IMG/VR virus record: IMGVR_UViG_3300029823_000374
Coordinates: 1-41,218 of that record
Reading direction: 5' to 3' (one strand)
DNA from: a virus
Taxonomy: Duplodnaviria; Caudoviricetes
DNA length: 41,218 nt
The notes under the pieces are model-generated. The model searched no databases and was not told the DNA's origin. It worked only from the letters and a program-made list of their open reading frames with translations. This document shows positions 37,489 to 41,218 of this stretch, piece by piece. Numbering within the stretch: position 1 is the stretch's first letter; every line of letters starts with the position of its first letter. Position numbers and translations under genes: made by a program.

Positions 37489-37596
37489 GTGTCATAAAGG
37501 AACAACTTATATTTTTATTATAGTGCCTTAAATGCACGTTGTCAATATATTAATTTAAAAAAGTTCATTTTAGGCACTATTGTTTATTTTAGACAC
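37489..37596. promoter_or_regulatory. Genetic switch: four 15-bp operators and the lytic promoter
   Basis: Operators at 37489, 37523, 37563, 37582; perfect minus-strand TTGACA-17-TATAAT (37545-37517) with an operator in its spacer. Confidence 0.85.
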
Positions 37597-37632
37597 GTAA
37601 AACTTTAAAATAAATCTAGGAGGTGACGTATA

Positions 37633-38097
37633 TTGGTTACATTTGCAGATAGGTTAAAATTGTTAAGAACTGAAAAAGATTTAACTCAACAGGATATAGC
37701 TAATATTTTAAATGTTGGTAGAGCCACTGTAGCAGGTTATGAAACAAAGGGGAAACAACCTGATTTTGATAAATTATGTAAACTATGTGAATTATTTAAT
37801 GTTTCATTAGACTATCTGCTAGGACGATCTGAAATACGTGATCCTTATAATGATTTGGAAGCCAAACTTTATGAGGAAACAAAAGACTCAAAATCATTGG
37901 ATATTAATGAATTAAATAAATTTTTCGATAATATTGATAAAGAATTAAAAGCAAAAAAAGCAGAAACGCTTGCTGAAAGATTTCTTGATTTATTAATAGA
38001 TTGTGGAGAAATTAAAACAAAAGAAGATCTGACTACAGGTAAGGCTTTAAAAATATTAGGTAAAATATTTGACCAACTAAAAGAAGATACAAAATAA
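37633..38097 (+). CDS. CI-like XRE repressor lacking an S24 autopeptidase domain
   Basis: FADRLKLLR.EK.LTQ..IA..L.V....V..YE....QP...FNVSLDYLLGRS; AGGAGG RBS, TTG start. Confidence 0.9.
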   Translation: MVTFADRLKLLRTEKDLTQQDIANILNVGRATVAGYETKGKQPDFDKLCKLCELFNVSLDYLLGRSEIRDPYNDLEAKLYEETKDSKSLDINELNKFFDNIDKELKAKKAETLAERFLDLLIDCGEIKTKEDLTTGKALKILGKIFDQLKEDTK

Positions 38098-38118
38098 ATA
38101 GTTGTATCTTCTTTTTTT
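38079..38118. terminator. Bidirectional terminator between the repressor and the convergent small ORF
   Basis: AAAAGAAGATACAA-N9-TTGTATCTTCTTTT. Confidence 0.8.
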
Positions 38119-38123
38119 ATATC

Positions 38124-38267
38124 TTAACTAGCAGTTTTTATATACTTCAATCCATTTTTTATAATATAAATGATTTCATTTTCATTAAAATCATTTAATA
38201 GTTTTTTAAATTCCTTTAAGAGTTGACGTTCACATACCTTGTATTCTTCACATTCTTTTAACTGCAT
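38124..38267 (-). CDS. Small 47-aa ORF under a LexA box (candidate SOS antirepressor; not in ORF track)
   Basis: RBS GGGGGT; MQLKECEEYKVCERQLLKEFKKLLNDFNENEIIYIIKNGLKYIKTAS. Confidence 0.65.
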   Translation of the reverse strand: MQLKECEEYKVCERQLLKEFKKLLNDFNENEIIYIIKNGLKYIKTAS

Positions 38268-38298
38268 ATGTATACCCCCACATTTCTTCTTAATGTAC

Positions 38299-38338
38299 AT
38301 AATACCACGTTATTTCTTATAATGCAAACATACGTTCG
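38299..38338 (-). promoter_or_regulatory. SigA promoter overlapped by a Firmicutes SOS (LexA) box
   Basis: TTGCAT-17-TATTAT with extended TG; CGAACGTATGTTTG (38338-38325) overlaps the -35. Confidence 0.75.
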
Positions 38339-38360
38339 TAATATAAAACTTTTGCGAACT
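38333..38360 (+). repeat. dif/lox-like 28-bp site H
   Basis: CGTTCGTAATA-TAAAAC-TTTTGCGAACT; shares 14 identical bp (TTTTGCGAACTAAC) with site A. Confidence 0.5.
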
Positions 38361-38519
38361 AACTTTATTAAATCCCCTTTATATAAAATTATACAGCATT
38401 TTTTTATGCCATCCATTCATAATTTTGACATATTTTTACCATAATTTATGAATAGCTATTTAGTGTAAAATATTTTAATATAATTATATTAGGATTAAAA
38501 TATAGAAAAGAGGGATATA

Positions 38520-38996
38520 ATTTTTATATTAAATATTAAAAAATATAGAGAATTAAGGGGATTAAAGCAATCTGAATTAGCTCAAAAATCTAAGATTGAC
38601 CAAAGTTATATCTCAAAACTAGAAAAAATTCCTCGACATAGCAGTCCTACTTTACGTATTGTAAAAAAAATTGCTCTTGCACTTGAAATTTGTCCATTTC
38701 TATTGTTATCTTGTGATTTCCATGATTGTACAAACTGCAAATATCTTATAGATAAAATTTTTTTTGATTCTTGTATACGTAAAGGAGTAATAACGGATAT
38801 ACACTGTAATTCATTTCTTATAAAATTTTATAAGAGGTGGTGTAACATGGCTGGTAAAAAACTTAATATATACATGGATGAGAAGCTAATAAAGGACTTA
38901 AAAAAGATAGCCATAGATAAAGACACTTCTGTCTCTAAAATTTTAACTGAATTATCAATTGAATATGTTAAAAATGCAAAAAATAAAAATAATTAA
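38520..38996 (+). CDS. XRE HTH protein with ATT/ATA start, in frame with the downstream RHH ORF
   Basis: NIKKYRELRGLKQSELAQKSKIDQSYISKLE...SPTL...KIALAL lies upstream of and in frame with ORF 38703; in-frame stop at 38496. Confidence 0.6.
   Translation: MFILNIKKYRELRGLKQSELAQKSKIDQSYISKLEKIPRHSSPTLRIVKKIALALEICPFLLLSCDFHDCTNCKYLIDKIFFDSCIRKGVITDIHCNSFLIKFYKRWCNMAGKKLNIYMDEKLIKDLKKIAIDKDTSVSKILTELSIEYVKNAKNKNN
38847..38996 (+). CDS. Ribbon-helix-helix DNA-binding protein (49 aa)
   Basis: RBS AGAGGTG; KKLNIYMDEKLIKDLKKIAIDKDTSVSKIL. Confidence 0.75.
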   Translation: MAGKKLNIYMDEKLIKDLKKIAIDKDTSVSKILTELSIEYVKNAKNKNN

Positions 38997-39063
38997 AGTA
39001 CTCATAAGGGTGCTTTTATTTTTTTGTGTTATAATTTACCCAAGACTGAAGGGAGGAATTGCA

Positions 39064-40272
39064 ATGGCTGGATCAATTGAAAAGCGAGGAGAAAATACTT
39101 ACCGCCTTGTAATATCTGGTGGTAGAACTGGTGACGGTAAAAGGAAAAAGTATACAAAAACTATAAAAGTAGAAGGTAAAACGGATGCAGAGAAAAAAAG
39201 AAAATGCGAAAAAGAACTTGCTAAGTTTATAGCAGAAGTAGAAAACAATTCTTTTATAGAACCTGCAAAACTAACTTTAAAGGCTTTCTCTGAAAAATGG
39301 ATTAAAGATTATGCCGAAAAGAACTTAGCTCCTAAAACTGTTTTTGAATATAAAAAACTATTAGATAGTAGAATAATTCCAGCATTAGGACATCTTAAAC
39401 TTGATAAATTAAAGCCTGTACATTTTATAGAATTTTATAATAACTTACAAGAAGACGGTATAAGAGAAGATGGTAAGGCTGGTGGCTTATCTGCTAATAC
39501 AATAAGACATTACCATAGATTACTGCATGATATATTACAATCTGCTGTTAAATGGCAACTAATTAGTAGCAATCCAGTTTCTAATGTAGATGCACCTAAA
39601 ATAAAGAAAGTTGAAGCAGGCTACTATAATGAGGAAGAAGTACAACAACTAATGATCGAGCTTGATACAACCTCTAAGGAAGAATTTAAATATAAGGTGG
39701 CAATAATACTAACATTAGCATCTGGATTGCGTTTAGGAGAGCTTACAGGTTTAAAATGGGATAATATAGACTTCGATACTAACACTATAAATATAGTTCA
39801 TTCTAGCCAATATTTACCCACAAAAGGCACGTTCTTAAAAGAAACTAAAAATTATACTTCTAAAAGAACTTTAACTATACCAAAACCTGTTATGGATTTA
39901 CTATCTAAGCATAAAGTAAATGAAAAAGAAAAAAGATTAAGCTGCGGAAGCTTATGGGTTAATACTGGTTTTGTTTTTACACAATGGAATGGGAAACCTA
40001 TGTATCCTAGCACCCCTTCACGTTGGTTTAGAAAATTTTTAGAGGAACATAATTTAAGACATATAACATTCCACCAGTTGAGACACACATCTGCAACTCT
40101 GCTTATTAACGAAAACGTAAATATAAGAGAAGTATCTAAAAGATTAGGTCATAGTAATACATCCACAACTTTAAACATATATACACATGCATTGCAATCT
40201 GCTGATAAAGTTGCAGCTGATAAATTAAGTAATATAATGTTTGGTAATAAAGACAATGGTGAAGCTAAATAA
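39064..40272 (+). CDS. int: Tyrosine integrase of the prophage
   Basis: MAGSIEKRG arm-binding N-terminus, SGLRLGE, FHQLRHT, RLGHS, TLNIYTH; ATG 39064 with GGAGG RBS. Confidence 0.96.
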   Translation: MAGSIEKRGENTYRLVISGGRTGDGKRKKYTKTIKVEGKTDAEKKRKCEKELAKFIAEVENNSFIEPAKLTLKAFSEKWIKDYAEKNLAPKTVFEYKKLLDSRIIPALGHLKLDKLKPVHFIEFYNNLQEDGIREDGKAGGLSANTIRHYHRLLHDILQSAVKWQLISSNPVSNVDAPKIKKVEAGYYNEEEVQQLMIELDTTSKEEFKYKVAIILTLASGLRLGELTGLKWDNIDFDTNTINIVHSSQYLPTKGTFLKETKNYTSKRTLTIPKPVMDLLSKHKVNEKEKRLSCGSLWVNTGFVFTQWNGKPMYPSTPSRWFRKFLEEHNLRHITFHQLRHTSATLLINENVNIREVSKRLGHSNTSTTLNIYTHALQSADKVAADKLSNIMFGNKDNGEAK

Positions 40273-40301
40273 TGCATTATAACATACATTTTTGCCTTTT
40301 T

Positions 40302-40320
40302 TGTCCCCAAAACGTCCCCA
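40302..40320. repeat. Putative integrase arm-type binding sites (right arm)
   Basis: TGTCCCCAAAACGTCCCCA, 18/19 identical to 868-886. Confidence 0.75.
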
Positions 40321-40354
40321 TTTTCAATTTTAAGCAAACAAATATAAGAAATTA

Positions 40355-40388
40355 AAAAGCCTGTTATACATTGATATAACAGGCTTTT
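40355..40388. terminator. Phage-supplied bidirectional terminator after the restored tRNA and int
   Basis: AAAAGCCTGTTATA-CATTGA-TATAACAGGCTTTT perfect 14-bp stem. Confidence 0.8.
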
Positions 40389-40392
40389 CTTA

Positions 40393-40468
<76 letters not shown>

Positions 40469-40481
40469 AAGACACAATACT

Positions 40482-40510
40482 ATTTTAATACAAAATCTCA
40501 TTATAATCAA
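40482..40510 (-). promoter_or_regulatory. SigA promoter of tRNA-Thr
   Basis: TTGATT-17-TAAAAT just upstream of the tRNA 5' end. Confidence 0.6.
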
Positions 40511-40655
40511 ATATAAAAAAAATTTTTTTTATATTATTATCATAATTAGCCAAATATGATTAATTTCTTAGCATATCTTCAAAATATATGGATAATACTA
40601 AATTATATAGTTAGTTCTAATACTAACTAATCATATCTATATAATTCATTTATTT

Positions 40656-40691
40656 TTAGACTTTGACTTTCTTTGACCTTTATTGTACTAT
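40656..40691 (+). promoter_or_regulatory. CtsR box overlapping the hsp18 promoter
   Basis: TTTGACT-TTC-TTTGACC heptad repeat (reverse complement of RGTCAAA-N3-RGTCAAA); TTGACT-17-TACTAT. Confidence 0.75.
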
Positions 40692-40771
40692 AATAACTGT
40701 AATAAGGATTTACAAAATATAAAAACAATTTAGAAAACATAGAAAATAAAATCTATAAGGAGGTATTCATT

Positions 40772-41218
40772 ATGTTTGATATGGTTCCATTTAGAAGAAA
40801 CAATTCTTTAAAAAGAGGCGATGCGTTCGACAACTTTGTAGATTCATTCTTTGACAATGACTTTTTCACACCTATGAACATGGATGGTTTTGGCAATGGT
40901 TTTAAAGTTGATCTTAAGGAAAATGAAACTTCTTATGTAGTTTGTGCTGATTTACCAGGAATGAATAAAGATTCTATAGCCTTAGATTTTAACAATAACT
41001 ATTTGACTATATCTGCAAAAAGAGATGATTCTGTTGAAGATAAAAATGAAAACTTTGTAAGGCGTGAAAGAAGATACGGTGAATTCAAAAGAAGTTTTTA
41101 CATCGACAATGTAGATGATTCAAATATTACGGCTTCCTTTAAAGCTGGAGTTTTAAGAGTTGATCTTCCAAAACTTAATAGAGAAAAAAGTAACGGCAAA
41201 AAAATAGATATACATTAA
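40772..41218 (+). CDS. hsp18: Small heat-shock protein (Hsp20/alpha-crystallin family), host gene
   Basis: MFDMVPFRRN, FKVDLKE, ADLPG, RRERRYGEFKRSF, GVL.V.LPK. Confidence 0.93.
   Translation: MFDMVPFRRNNSLKRGDAFDNFVDSFFDNDFFTPMNMDGFGNGFKVDLKENETSYVVCADLPGMNKDSIALDFNNNYLTISAKRDDSVEDKNENFVRRERRYGEFKRSFYIDNVDDSNITASFKAGVLRVDLPKLNREKSNGKKIDIH

Noticed and set aside
38354-38369. Second LexA box (CGAACTAACTTTA)
   Set aside because: Only one half-site matches and it is better explained as the right arm of site H. The reverse is also possible: site H could partly be a by-product of LexA half-sites, hence its lower confidence.
38959-39063. 35-aa N-terminal extension of the integrase in the ORF track
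   Set aside because: It overlaps the RHH gene and a terminator-like hairpin; the strong RBS and conserved MAGSIEKRG point to ATG 39064.
1132-40337. Numerous opposite-strand ORFs in the track (e.g. 1132-1584, 7176-7829, 12806-13219, 14885-15370, 31576-32034, 36673-37113, 39852-40088)
   Set aside because: They are antisense shadows of well-supported genes, with no recognisable motifs.

Overview
This window holds an apparently complete ~39.7 kb temperate siphovirus prophage (HK97-type head; probably cos packaging) in an AT-rich Clostridium-like chromosome. It is integrated into tRNA-Thr(CGT), with an 18-bp att core at 735-752 and 40421-40438, and a host hsp18 gene lies to its right. Read right to left, the modules are integrase/immunity, antirepressor/replication, accessory early genes, late activator, a small tyrosine recombinase, packaging, head, tail, tailspike, a methyltransferase moron, lysis and membrane morons. 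Five non-standard signals stand out. (1) Six 28-bp dif/lox-like sites (11-6-11) occur; four sit at accessory-gene boundaries and one is in-frame inside the tailspike gene, suggesting an integron/pdif-like gene-cassette exchange system. (2) A small ORF plus a switchable RNA structure precedes the late activator, and about 11 terminators lie inside the late region, suggesting conAn-like antitermination. (3) An unannotated 47-aa ORF with a LexA box faces a repressor that cannot self-cleave. (4) A predicted antisense sRNA lies upstream of the antirepressor. (5) Integration swaps the T-stem of the tRNA. All family calls come from motif recognition by eye; no database searches were run.
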